Shown here in pieces: positions 1-12,743 of a stretch of DNA of 64,000 nucleotides. Origin of the DNA: Octopus sinensis (taxonomy: Eukaryota). Under the pieces are notes generated by a model. It saw only the letters and a list, made by a program, of their open reading frames with translations, had not been told where the DNA came from and ran no database searches. Numbering within the stretch: position 1 is the first letter of the stretch; each line of letters begins with the position of its first letter. The DNA is taken from contig NC_043002.1 in the NCBI RefSeq assembly GCF_006345805.1, positions 18,042,001 to 18,106,000 of the forward strand, in the 5' to 3' direction. The translations under genes were made by a program, and so were the position numbers.

Positions 1-87
1 GGCTCAACATATTATGACCGTGGGTTCGACTCACGGCGGCGCGTTGTGGTCTTGAGCAACACACTTTATTTCACGTTACTCCCGTCC
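1..87 (+). mobile_element. 5' part of tRNA-derived SINE (truncated by window edge, interrupted at ~88)
   Basis: B-box GGTTCGACTC at 23-32, then GCGTTGTGGTCTTGAGCAACACACTTTATTTCACGTT, the same body as the SINEs at 5863-6200 and 53140-53430. Confidence 0.8.
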
Positions 88-174
88 AACAACAAAAGAG
101 AGTGAATAAATTGGACAGACATTCATTATTTAAAATATAAACAGACATTCATTATTTAAAATAGAACTAATACA

Positions 175-715
175 GTGTACATTATTTACATTTGTCGGAT
201 ATTTGTCCTCATCTTGGTTGTTGTTAATACGTTTTGGTTGATATACCCTCCAGCCTTCTTCGCAAATATCTCCTTCGAGTCAAACCACCAATAGAAGAGA
301 ATATGACCAAAGACTGCGAGTAATCCATCCCATGCAGCTGTGGTAGGTTACACAATGGCGAAACATGCCGCCTCCTCAAAATAAGTGTAGACGAACATGG
401 CAAAGCTGTGACACGAGGAGCTACTGATAAATCGAGTATAGCTGATCATGTATGCTAAAAATGGAGACAACCTCATTATGTGGGATGAAGTTAAAATAAT
501 AGACAGAGAACACCACTGGAAAATACGAAAACTAAAAGAAGCAGCATATATGGTAGGACACAACAACCTTCTAAGTAGACCGAGTGCAGATATGAGCAGC
601 ATATGGAAACCGGTATTAAGGAAGGATAGAAAAATATTAGAAATGAGGACAAATGTCCGTCTAATGTAAATAATGTACATAATTCCTCATCTCTTAAATA
701 TAGAACTGTAATACA
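175..715 (+). mobile_element. Penelope-like element relic: GIY-YIG endonuclease C-terminus between inverted terminal-repeat pieces
   Basis: Frameshifted reading SIPCSCGRLHNGETCRLLKISVDEHGKAV..KSSIADHV..WDEVKIIDREHHWKIRKLKEAAYM..LLSRPS is typical of a PLE GIY-YIG domain. Tail 643-715 (+) matches 175-265 (-) in inverted orientation. Confidence 0.8.
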
Positions 716-799
716 GTGTGAATTGTAATGTTACAAGTATGATTCCAAACTATAAGATATTATAGTAGCCACTCTCCGTGGTATTATCCTATAGTCCAT

Positions 800-965
800 T
801 CAGCTGGCAAGGCCGATCTTGCTACCTTCAGTGACACGCTGAATCTCCTTGGGAACTTCGTGTGTCTGTGGAGCGCTCAGCTACGTGCACGTTAGTTTCA
901 GGAGCAGGATGTTCCATGAATCGGATCAACTGAAACACTCGTCGACGTAACCGACGGATTGCAAG
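800..965 (+). mobile_element. 3' part of the SINE begun at 1-87
   Basis: CAGCTGGC..GCACGTTAGTTTCAGGAGCAGG..GGATCAACTGAAACACTCGTCGACGTAACCGACGG matches the reverse complement of 53140-53300. Confidence 0.7.
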
Positions 966-2029
966 TTTTATATAGCATTGCTTATAATGCTGTATGAATA
1001 CTAAAGCCAGCAACCATAATTTGTAGCAAATATTTCAACTAAATATCCCCCAGATTCACTGTACTTTATACACAGCTCAACTATAAACACACACTCTGCA
1101 ACGTTTTTAAGTTATTCTGGTAAATAATTTAAACTGCATTAACTACATCAAAATAATGTTATTATTTGCTTAACAGTACTAATGCCAATCCAAGGGTCAA
1201 GTGAGATATGGAATGCTTTTCTCTCGTAGACTCTATTAGACTGAATAGTTTGAATTCAATACAAATACAAAATTTCATTTTATCCATAACCGAGTTTGAA
1301 CTCAAATCTAGCCGTGATCTTTTAATGAAGTATCGACCGTTTACGAAGGTCTTCTTCTCAATGGACCGATGGCAACCATCTGCCAAGGTGTCAAAATAAA
1401 CAACATCAATATTTTTATTTATTTATTTACTCAGATCATTTTCTAGATATTTGCTTTACTTCGCTGTCAAGAAAATTCGTCTTGAGACTGTGTGTTTAAG
1501 AGATCAATATTATTTATTTTGTTGAACTCTTTTTTGCTTTGTCGTTTTTCTTTTGTTTTTTTTTACGCGTAAAACAGTAAAAAGATAATAGTAATATATA
1601 AAATCGACTCTTTTGTGGTTTTACTATTTTCACTTAAGAAATAAATTATAATTTTAAATCAGAAATTGGGGAATTTTAATTAAAGTTTTCTTGCAATAAT
1701 ACGATTGAGCATAATACTTATTAAAAAATATTAAATTAATTTAATTTTCTAATGTGTCTGCTGGCATGAAAACAGGACTTAACATAGGAATAATTGTGGT
1801 ATAAGTCTTTATTGGAATCATTGTTAAATTAAGTATCGGATGTGATAAATCTTGTCTTGCTATTTTAATTTAGTGTGGTTTATGTACGTGCATTTCTAGT
1901 GATTATGTAATGAGAAAAGGAAGATAATCACATAATTGTGAGATTCTGTGAATATGTGTGTGTGTGTGTGTGTGTGTGGAATGTGTTAAGCGCAGGGGTC
2001 TGTGCTGGTATAAGGCGTAGCACTGTATG

Positions 2030-3160
2030 TATATCAGTGTGTTTTTGTGTGTGCATGCGCTTGAAGAAGACTAGTTGTTATACTTGAGTGTGTGCGTGGT
2101 GTAATTAGATTGTACTTTGGTATGATTGTATATGTAAACTCTTTCGTGGGGCTTGATGCGTTACGACCTACTGCCCCCTCGCAATGGGTGGGTGCATCTA
2201 CTCTCCTCTCGCAATGGGTGGGTGCACCTTTTGGAATGGGTGTACTACACCCGCGGTGTCTTATTAGAACATCGCTGTGAGTGGGTGTAGTGGGTGTGTG
2301 CAAATGCGGTGTCCTATGGGAACATCGGCAGTTGGGTGGTGCAGTGGGTGGATGCACCATCAGGTTTGTCTGGTATGTTATGATCTACCGGGATTCAGTG
2401 GGTTGGTGCGCCACCGGATGCCCATACCCTGCCATCCGTATGGTCGTCTGGTGTGTTATGACCCGCTGTCTTCTAAAGTGTCCATCTTTACCCTTAAGGA
2501 CACTACCTTGTCCTGGTGAAAGAGCTTACGTCCGTGTGTGGATGTATGTCGGATAGGTTTTTATACCACGTCGGATAGATGCCCTTACATTGGACAAACT
2601 AAACGTGTCCATCTTTCCCCAATGTACGGGGGTTCCTTGAGGGAGGCCCTCGGATGTATGGGTGGGTCGATGTTAGGTGATTTTGTTGTCTTCTGTGGAT
2701 GGTTCCTGTTTGTATGTCGAGTGGTTCTCTTTAGGAACCGATCGATTCTGTCGTGCTCGGTGTGTGAGTGGAGTCCCGGTGCGTTATGGACCTGCTGCCT
2801 CTTGCAGCAGGTGGATGCACCATCCGGGTTGGTTGGTTGGCTGGTATGCAGAGTTGTCTGGTAGTTGTGCATGCAGGGGGAAGAGTTTGCGTGTAGGTTT
2901 GTGAATGAGTATCGCTTGTGTGGCGTCTTATGTTTGAGTGCACCATGAAGAGTAGTTTGCGATGTGGTCTCATGCAGTAAGCGAGTGTGGTTGTTGATAG
3001 AGGTAACCAATGGCATCCGAAAGACGAGGCAGTGTTCTTTGTGATACCGAGAGAACGGGAAGCTATGATGCGAAATAAAACAACCGACAATGATTTCAGA
3101 AATACTGTCGGCAGATGAGTTCGTGTCAGGCATGGCAGGTGACATGTTGTTTATGCAGGT
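2030..3160. repeat. Unclassified GC-richer segment with internal imperfect repeats (probable decayed TE)
   Basis: GC well above the flanks. TCGCAATGGGTGGGTGCA occurs twice (~2179, ~2208) and GTGGATGCACCATC twice (~2348, ~2811). The 186-aa minus ORF has no recognisable domain. Confidence 0.35.
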
Positions 3161-3715
3161 GTCTTATAAATGGCCACTAATACAATTCCCTATTTCGAGG
3201 CCCGTTTCTTCAAAAAATCATTGACTTCCTTCAAAAGATCTAGTTTTACAACAGAAATGTCGAGAAGAAAATACAGTGGGACATCTGCTGCTTGAATTAT
3301 TAATAGTAAAGTGATCGCTAGTATATCGAATCATTTGACCGATCTAACACCTATTTACTTAGTTACCGATTCGTATATTTCTTACGTACATATTTATATA
3401 ACGCTATAATATTTTATGCGTTACCCTTCTAAACTACCGAGATAAAAATATTTTAGCCGTGAGTTTGTAAACATACATTAAAGCTTATATGAGGCGATAA
3501 CTAAATATTCATCTTACTGATTGGTTAATATTTATAATGTTAAATTTAATCAATACATAAAACAGAAATATTTGATACGCCGATCCGACATCCTACAAGT
3601 TTAGTATTTACTTTTTTTGCTGTATCAGCAGGGTCAATAAACTAAATTCAGATCATATATCAGCGTGTCGATATTATTCCGCATGTGTGCATCATTGTAC
3701 CATCAACGTTGGAAA

Positions 3716-3716
3716 T

Positions 3717-3782
<66 letters not shown>

Positions 3783-3796
3783 AATGTATATATATA

Positions 3797-3848
<52 letters not shown>

Positions 3849-3870
3849 GTATGTATGTATGTATATATAG
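3716..3870. repeat. (AT)n microsatellite
   Basis: Direct reading. Further (AT)n tracts at ~5750-5850, 6200-6535, 11255-11320, 11500-11575, 14055-14112, 15025-15145, 54320-54410, 55560-55650. Confidence 0.98.
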
Positions 3871-4038
3871 ATAAAGTAAAAAAACACACATATTTCCACA
3901 CGAAAGCACGTGATTTCTGCCCTTGGCATGTAGCTTCAACCGTGCTTTCTGACGTAAATTTGCTACCCGGGTATCGGTTAACCGAATTATCCATACTACG
4001 ATAATTCATTCAACTACTTAAATATATGTATATATATA

Positions 4039-4069
<31 letters not shown>

Positions 4070-4390
4070 TATTTTATCTATATTGTATTAAAATGAGAGC
4101 TTGTAATAGTTTCTTGGTGTTAAGAAACTTGGTTAGGCACATTATAAAAACGTGCTTAACGACCTCTCCTAATGGCAAGAATCGATTAGTATGTCTTATG
4201 ATAATACAGTGTACATTAAATAATATTTATCTCTCACTAGATAGAGTATGTTTCTCTCTGATCTCACCATAACGGAAAAGTAAACTACATATCTATCTAT
4301 CTATCTGTATACATACATACTGACACACACACACATATATAGGTATACGTATGCGTGCATATATATATATATATAGGTATGTAATCGTGC

Positions 4391-4436
<46 letters not shown>

Positions 4437-4606
4437 CGTATATATACGTGTATATACTCATATATATATATGCATATGTTTGTATGTATGTACATATACA
4501 TATATATAAATATGCATGTATCTATGTATGAATATATGTACGTATGCATATAGGTATAAACATGCATACATACATACAAACATACATACATACATACATA
4601 CATACA

Positions 4607-4639
<33 letters not shown>

Positions 4640-4898
4640 GTGTGTGTGTGTGTGTGTCTGTTTGTGTGTGTCTGTGTGTGAGAGAAAGAGAGATTTCGCT
4701 TGGGTATAGTAATTCTAATAAACTGGTGTCAGAATTTCATATGCGTATGTATGCTTCAAAATAGAGTGTTAGTCGTGTACAGAACGTAATATAAAATTCA
4801 ATAAGTGGAAATGTTACGTAAATTATGGAGAGGATGATTACGTAATTGCAATTCACTTGTCATTTATTTAAATTAACATATTGTTAAATTAATGAGTG

Positions 4899-4953
<55 letters not shown>

Positions 4954-4954
<1 letters not shown>

Positions 4955-5265
4955 TGTTTCTTTATTAGCCACACAGGGCTGCACACAGACAGGACAAATT
5001 ACAAGGTAGAGTTTTTCTTTTGGGGGTACAAAAAAGGGGGTTTGGTTTTCGATCAAAAGGGATCGTAAAGGGAAAGAAAGAGGACAAAAAAGGGGGGAAT
5101 ACATTTTTTTAAAAAAGGGGGGAAAGGGAAAGGATAAAAAATTGATCAATAGGGATCGTTATCACAGAAATGTCAATATGAAGTGTAAAGGGGAGGACAG
5201 GTGAGGTTTACCTGTGGAAAGAAAAGCCTACGGAAAAGACCACGGTAACCTAGGTCAATGAAGTC
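4954..5265 (-). mobile_element. 3' end of a Tx1/L1-like non-LTR retrotransposon embedded in (GATA)n
   Basis: Shares GTGGAAAGAAAAGCCTACGGAAAAGACCACGGTAA and TTTATT(A/G)GCCACAC with 6731-7325. Flanked by GATA tracts on both sides (4898-4953, 5266-5283). Confidence 0.65.
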
Positions 5266-5751
5266 AGATAGATAGATAGATAGTTAGATGTACACATTTC
5301 TGTGTATGTGTGTGTATGTGCTAGTTTTTGTATAATTCAGTGAGCTGACAGTGTCATTAGCATCTTTGACAAAATACTTAGCGACATTACTTCTGGTACT
5401 TTATGTTCTAACCGAGGTCAAATTTGCCTTCAGGGTAGATTAAAGCAAATTAGCAGTCAAGTTATGGAGTGGTTGCAATCGAATTGTCCCCTACCCTCAA
5501 AATGTGTGGCCTTGAATCCAGCAAAACAGCGACGTCCTGTTCAGAGTGTATGCTGTGATATATCTCACTTATACACCTTATAAACTGGGTAAGTGGCTTT
5601 ATGAGGACTAGAGGTCAAGAAGAAAAAAATAACGTATGAAGGAAATGTCTATCTACGTGAAAGAATGTGTGTGTGTGTGTGCGAGCGTGCGCAGAATAGT
5701 AAGGCAAATCGTTCTGGAACTACATTCGAGATCGATGTATATATTGTATAA

Positions 5752-5842
<91 letters not shown>

Positions 5843-5862
5843 GTGTATATATATACATACAT

Positions 5863-6200
5863 GGGATGGCGCGTTGCTCAGTGGTTAGAGCATCGAGCTT
5901 ACGATCATGAGGTTGTGAGTTCGAATCCCGGACCGGGCTGCGTGTTTTGTCCTTGAGCAAGACACTTTATTTCACGTTGCTCCACGTTGTAGAAATGAGT
6001 TGCGACGTCACAGGTGACAAGCTGTATCGGCCCTTGCCTTTCCCTTGGACAACATCGGTGACGTGGAGAGGGGAGGCCGGTATGCATGGCCGACTGCTGG
6101 TCTTCCATGAAAAAACAACCTTGCCCAGACTTGTGCCTCAGAGGGTAACTCTCTAGGTGCAAACCCATGGTCAGTGTCTGACCGAAGGGGGTCACCACCA
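5863..6200 (+). mobile_element. Full-length tRNA(Arg)-like-headed SINE
   Basis: A-box-like TTGCTCAGTGG, anticodon-like loop with ACG, B-box GTTCGAATCC, then a non-tRNA body ending at an (AT)n tract. Confidence 0.9.
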
Positions 6201-6203
6201 TAT

Positions 6204-6253
<50 letters not shown>

Positions 6254-6294
6254 TATATATATATATTATATATATATATTACATATATATATAT

Positions 6295-6362
<68 letters not shown>

Positions 6363-6401
6363 TATATATCTATAGATACTACATATATATATATATATAT
6401 A

Positions 6402-6518
<117 letters not shown>

Positions 6519-6633
6519 TATATATATATATATATCGCCATGTATGAGCATAGACTCCCATTTTTCCCGAGTGTCAAATTAATGCAATTACTTAGTGTTC
6601 CTACACCTGTCACTGTCTTTGTTTTGCTATAAC

Positions 6634-6730
<97 letters not shown>

Positions 6731-6732
<2 letters not shown>

Positions 6733-7062
6733 CTTTCTTTATTGGCCACACCGGGCTGAACACGGAGGGGACAAATACAAATGTAAAGCTTTTATTTTCG
6801 AAAATGAAAAAGAAAAAGGGGAAAAAACAGAAAAATAGTAAAATTCCTATCAAAAGGGTCGGGAAAAAAATCGATCAAAAGGGGTTTTGGAAATAAATGG
6901 CTATCAAAATGGATCATGTATCACAGAACAAATTTTTTAAATGTAAGAAGCAAGATTAGGTTTATCCGTGGAAAGAAAAGCCTACGGAAAAGACCACGGT
7001 AAACTCAGACAGGGAGGGAATAAACACATTGGAGAAAAGTGCTCTCTCTCTCCTTCTCGCTT

Positions 7063-7098
<36 letters not shown>

Positions 7099-7325
7099 TT
7101 TCGATTTGCAGGATCATGCTCAAAGTGGTTGCGTCGCTCGGCTGCACCATTTTTGCTACATTCCCCCACCTTCTTTTGAAACTTTCACGAGACAAAACCT
7201 GACTCTCCATTCTCATCCTCCTTTTCAAGCGGTACTTGAAAAAGTTGATGAGCGACTGGCCAGAGAGGTAAGTGTTTGTCTCTAATCCTTTCGCTCGAGT
7301 CCACCACACACATTGTTTCATACTC
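6731..7325 (-). mobile_element. Tx1/L1-like LINE 3' fragment (ORF2 C-terminus + 3'UTR) with (TCTA)n tail
   Basis: Minus translation KQCVWWTRAKG..FFKYRLKRRMRMESQVLSRESFKRRWGNVAKMV resembles the Tx1-clade ORF2 C-terminus. The tail abuts (GATA)n at 6636-6730. Confidence 0.7.
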
Positions 7326-7353
7326 TCTCTTTAAGTGCGTCTGTGTTTGTGTG

Positions 7354-7411
<58 letters not shown>

Positions 7412-8448
7412 TGTGTGCTTGTATGAGATAACCATTCTATTTACCTGTGTTCTGTCGTGCTCTTATAAGCCTAGCGTTGACATAAAATATTGCTGACAAG
7501 CTGGTTGTTTAAAATAGAATCTTCCTTGTTGACCTACTTTCTTTTTACGTTTATTTCCAAAATTGTCGCGTCGAACATGTTATTTTTAACCATAGACTGG
7601 AGAAGCAGATGCATCAAGGAACTTCATGGGAAAATCAATATACGGATTTTGAATGTTCATTCCTTGCACTTTTAATTGAATCCGTTCCATCAAGCAATTT
7701 TCCGTAAAGAATATTTTGCAGCAGATAATCATACATATTTTAACATTACCAGCTCATTGCTTCTGGCGATTTTTATACCTAAACTCCTATGCATTTGAAT
7801 GTGGCCACATCAATAGTTTATTCGTAGTTTAGTCTAGACAGCGTATAAGTGAAACTGTTTGCTATTTGATTGGAGTCACGCCTTCCAAAGATTTTTTATT
7901 TACTTCTTTCCGAAAGGGCATCAAGATTTCACATCATAGGAGAGCGCTCTAGGTAGAGCTACTATGTAAACCACAACGCCACCTGGCAACTCTGGGGTCT
8001 TCAAAAGAGCCCCGTATGCAAGTATGCGGGCCATGTTTCTCGCCCGAAAATAACTACCTCCAACCCTCTCGACAGTGTTGTAACAATTTATGAGTGCTAT
8101 ATCCCCTCCTGAGTAAAATTTATATAAAATTGTCTTCGTTCTTTCCTAAGGAAACGTTCATTATCAATTCCCTGGAAGTGACACGTGTGTGTCTATAGGT
8201 GTGTGTGTGTGTGTGTGTGTGTTATTCCATAAGGAAATCCTTGTACATTTTCAGCAAAGCATCCACAACTGTAGGAGAATGTAGTCATTATTTAATCTGA
8301 TGGAGAACTATAGGAAAGTAAAATAAAATTATATACATACATGTGTAGGTATATGAGTGTTTATATGTAAAAGAAGTGTATGTATATATGTAAAGAAGTG
8401 TATTCCCACGCAGGAAACAAAACATAGGAGAATTTGATCTTATATGTA

Positions 8449-9694
8449 CAGGCTGCGTTGGGCAAATTGTCAACGTTTTGTATTTTTAATTTCGCGCATG
8501 CGGTGTGTTTCTGATTTTGTCGACAACAGAATATAATAGAATCAGTTGGGCACCGTCTGTGAGAACAAAAAAAAACCGCTCTATGACGCAATCCACTTTG
8601 TCAGAAATTTGCAAACGACATGCTGTACAGTTTGGCATTTGCGCCGGAAGCTTCAGTAAGAACATTTCAGAGTGTTTGGGTGTCAATCTGAAGACAGTGC
8701 AGAAGAGAATTCGGAAAGAGTTGGGTGAGTCTAACGTAGACTACGAAGGTAAGGCAGCTCAGAAAACTCACTCTGGTCGTTCTGATCAGTAAAGAACTCT
8801 TGAATCCAGGCCGTGATTGACAGTGATCCCCCGAGTCAACCAAGTCCATCGCCAGGGAAATGGTAGTGTCTGAGTTGCTTATCAGGCAGGTAGTTCATAA
8901 CGACATTCGAGATTCCTCATACAAGATGTGAAAGTGCCAATTTTTACCTCAAACTATCAAGGACAAGAGGAAAGACCGCACTATGAAGCTTTTGAACAAA
9001 CTGAGGCATCCCTTACAACCGAACATGATTCTGTTTTTCTCAGACTAGAAACATTTCTGGCAGGATCAGATGGTGAATACAGAACAACCGTTGGCTTGCC
9101 GTAACCCCAAAGCATGTACCGAGGGTGGCCAAAATCAACCATGCTGTCAACATCATGATATTTGGAGTGATCACTAGTGATGTGACGTTATGCCTCATCC
9201 TCCCATATGACCTCAGACTCAACATGGACGCCTATATCAAGTGCCGAGAGAGTGTAGTCCTACCTTGGGTCAAGAGGGCGGCTGCCGGAAGACCCTATAC
9301 CTCGCAACAGGACTCTGTACCATGCCATACGTCAGACTATTTTTGTGACCACATCACACCTAACATCAGGCCAGGTAACTCCCCAGATTGCCACCCCTTG
9401 ATTATTATGTGTGGCGCGTAGTTGAGCGAAAAAGCAGCGAAACTCCTTGTAACACCAAAGATGAACTGAAAGCAAGGATTATGGTAGCATTCACCAACTT
9501 AAACAAGGACACCGTCCAGAAGAGTTACAGGGGATTCCTAAGTCACCTGGATGCTGTGGTTGAAAGCTAAATAAATTTACTTTTAATATTTCAAGATATT
9601 TTGATGTAATTTTGGTAAATATAGCTGTTAAAATGAGATCTGAGTATTGTTTCATTTTCCAGTAAATTACAGGACAATTTATTTACACACCCTG
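8449..9694 (+). mobile_element. maT (DD37D-type) Tc1/mariner transposon, pseudogenised
   Basis: Degenerate ~25-bp TIRs (TA|CAGGCTGCG..AAATTGTC and GACAATTT..ACACCCTG). Transposase pieces FFSD*KHF, VMIFGVITSD, QQDSVPCHTS, NSPDCHPLDYYVW, ELKARIMVAF, with many stops and frameshifts. Confidence 0.85.
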
Positions 9695-9697
9695 TTT

Positions 9698-9986
9698 ATA
9701 TACATACATACATACATACATACATACATACATACATACATACATACATACATACATACATGCATACATGCATGCATGCATACATATATACATATGTTTA
9801 TATACATACATACGTATATACATACACACACATACATACATACATATATACATACATGCATACATACATACATACACACATACATACATACATGCACACA
9901 CATACATACATACATATATACATATATGCATACATACATACATACATACATACATACATACATACATACATACATACATACATACA

Positions 9987-10017
<31 letters not shown>
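9698..10017. repeat. (CATA)n microsatellite
   Basis: Direct reading; source of several spurious ORFs. Similar tracts at 4560-4637 and 15398-15500. Confidence 0.98.
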
Positions 10018-10019
10018 GT

Positions 10020-11045
10020 ACTATGGATCTCGTTTCATAGCTTCGTTTTCATTAGCCAAATTAAACATATCGATAATTTCTTGTTTAAATGGATCCACAT
10101 ACTTTCCACCATACTTATTACCGTGCTTTCTTATTCTTACCCATCCTGCTTCAAATCCTCAACACGCATTATTATGCTGGATCGCTTCATGAATGGGATC
10201 AAACATCTTAAGTTCTTCAACATTTGACCTAGTATTAATCACCTCAAATCGATGCTGTTCACATATATCTTTAGCATAAACACTAGCTTGACTAATTAAA
10301 TCTTGTTGTCTTAAGGCTCCCTTGCAATTATGGATTTCCATTTTGTAGGCAGATGCAAATTCCCTACGACATAAATTACATTGATGAGGATTTTCATCGT
10401 CTGATTCCATAACCAAATCATTAATATTTGATGCTACAGCAAGTGCAATACGATACTTCTCTGGGATATTCCCTTCAACACTATAAACAATACATTTTGT
10501 TAAGCTGCTTCTACCTTTCCCTACAACACCAATATCTTCAACAGTGTCTATCAAATATTACATTTTCATTGGAAGCACAATTTTCTTCATCGGATTCGCT
10601 TTCACAATTTCCTTCATTTACGTCGTTCGTAGTGCCATTGATAAGGTTATATGTTGCTGTCAGTGGTAAGTTCGAATTTTCATAAACTGAAGCGAAATTT
10701 CTTGACAAATCAAACTGTACTTCCATATGATCACCTATGTTTTGTAGTTTTCCAATTATCTTCAAGTTTTCCTGTTGAATCAATTCGTGATGGATCGCTA
10801 ACTTCTGCTTCAGAATCCTATTCTTCCGTATACACACTGCGTTTTCTTGTATTCGTATTTGTTTTACGTGTGCTGACACCTCCCATAAGTTGTATTCTCT
10901 TTGTGGTACGACGTGTGTTTACATTTTCGTTGCGTTTATTATCTCCACGACATGTACATCCACATCTGTAACATCCTTGACAACTAATATTTCTAGCTTT
11001 TTTGCAAGTACATGATAATTCTGACAGAACTGCCGACTGGGTGAA
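10020..11045 (-). pseudogene. Decayed transposase-like ORF relic with CXC cluster, C2H2-like finger and GW..KYGGKY..F C-terminal motif
   Basis: Broken minus frames: LSCTCKKARNISCQGCYRCGCTCRG (~11030-10945); HQCNLCRREFASAYKMEIHNC; after a stop, GFEAGWVRIRKHGNKYGGKYVDPFKQEIIDMFNLA. Truncated by (CATA)n. Family not assigned. Confidence 0.5.
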
Positions 11046-11274
11046 ACAAAATCAAAATCTGGACTAGCTGTGTGTGTTTTTTTATATATTAATTTTAACC
11101 AATCAAATTGCCTCGTTTATTATTCAGTTTGAGACAATTCAGTATTTTAAAGTTCTACAAAAAGTCAATACTCTAACCCGCGAAGCGACTCTTAAAACTA
11201 TTTCATTTAATTTTTCCACAATTTAATCGTTTTCCATGCTTTATTCTAAGTTGCTATATATATATATATAATAT

Positions 11275-11321
<47 letters not shown>

Positions 11322-11403
11322 GGATGAATGAATTATCCTTTGCTTACCATTAACATGGAAAATTCAATAAACAGTTACCAATCTCAACAAGACATTATAA
11401 CAA

Positions 11404-11497
11404 TAAAGACTTTTCTATTCCTGAGCGCTATACTAATACATCTGTTTGTTTGTACACCACCTGCCTTCTCTTTTGTTTATTTTCGTAAACTTTCTCT
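11404..11497 (+). repeat. Fragment of a second Penelope-like terminal repeat
   Basis: AAAGACTTTTCTATTCCTGAGCGCTATACTAATACATCTGTTTGTTTGTACACCACCTGCC.. is the reverse complement of 31420-31512. Confidence 0.7.
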
Positions 11498-11498
11498 A

Positions 11499-11563
<65 letters not shown>

Positions 11564-11577
11564 ATATATATATTATA

Positions 11578-11962
11578 CTAGCAGTATCGCCCGGCGTTGC
11601 TCAGGTTTGTAAGGGAAATAACTATAAAGCATTTTTAGAGAGTTATAGCCAAAAAATAGCAAAAAAATGGAAAAAAAATGATGGTAAATTTTTTTTTGAG
11701 AGTAAAAAAGGTTGAGTTGCGTCCCCTAGACAGTCTTTGGTTTGTTTTTTTTATTCTCGACCCCATGTCGAATTTATCGATTTTTTTCAGAACTGGGGGA
11801 ACTTTTCAAAATTTTCGCTGCGTTAGTTTTGAATTATGACATTGGGCTATGTGTGTGTCAAGTTTCATCAGAATCGGTTGAAAGCCGTGGTCAGGGTGAG
11901 GGTACGAGAAAACAGACACACAGAAACACGCACAGACAAACTGCCGTTTATATAGAGAGAGA
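11578..11962 (-). mobile_element. Non-autonomous Helitron
   Basis: Minus strand starts A|TC(TCTCTCTATATAAACGGCAG) and ends with a GC-rich subterminal hairpin (CCTGAGCAACGCCGGG) followed by CTAG|T. Inserted in an AT dinucleotide with no TSD. Confidence 0.85.
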
Positions 11963-12081
11963 TATATATATATATACACACATACATATATATATACATA
12001 TATATATATACATATATATATATTCTTTCGCTTCTTCTCCTTATTATTATTATTATTATTATTATAAATTATTATTTTTAA

Positions 12082-12130
<49 letters not shown>

Positions 12131-12220
12131 TGTTGTTGTTGTTGTTGTTGTTGCTGTTATTATTATTAGTATATTTTAAAAAAGGATTGACGTAACTCTT
12201 CACAAAGGTAAACAGTCAAG

Positions 12221-12662
12221 ACGAAGAGCGCGATTCGATCGTAACGTCTGTCTTTGTCAAGTTCAAAATATGAAGTGATAAAAATTCAAACTTACAGAAA
12301 TTTAAACGTAAAGTATAAACGAGAGCAACCAACGTCTACACGTTGAAGGAATTATATCATCAGGGAGGAGGTGGCAGAGATGAAAATACGACGAAGAACA
12401 CGAAGAAGGAAAAGAAGAGAAAGTATAATAAAAGAATGCGGGGTCGTATGACAGTTGTCGGATGTTAAATGCTCAAGAGACCTAAATGATGATGTCATGC
12501 CATGAAGGTGTGGTCGCTGGTTGCTCTCCTTCATACTTTACCTTTAAATTTCTGTAATTTTGAATTTTTATGACTTCTTATTTTGAATTTGACAAAGACA
12601 GACGTACTGTTGAAATATCTTTCATCTAGTAAAATATCTTACAACCGAATCGCGCTCTTCGT
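12221..12662. mobile_element. MITE-like foldback element with ~120-bp imperfect TIRs
   Basis: 12221-12341 is the reverse complement of 12508-12662 (ACGAAGAGCGCGATTCG..GTCTTTGTCAA..TTACAGAAATTTAAA..GAGAGCAACCA). The right arm carries a ~33-nt insertion. Confidence 0.7.
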
Positions 12663-12691
12663 TTTAACTATTATTATTGCTATTATTATTA

Positions 12692-12742
<51 letters not shown>

Positions 12743-12743
<1 letters not shown>

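Noticed and set aside
2538-2630. YIGQTKR as a GIY-YIG motif
   Set aside because: No upstream GIY-like strand or downstream R..EH motif; the hairpin produces YIG on both strands.
7990-8035. Two adjacent hairpins, one resembling a histone stem-loop on the minus strand
   Set aside because: The stem does not match GGCTCT-TTTC-AGAGCC and no histone ORF lies upstream.
9647-10227. IHTY/MYVC-repeat ORFs (and similar YI-repeat ORFs throughout)
   Set aside because: (CATA)n and (AT)n translations.
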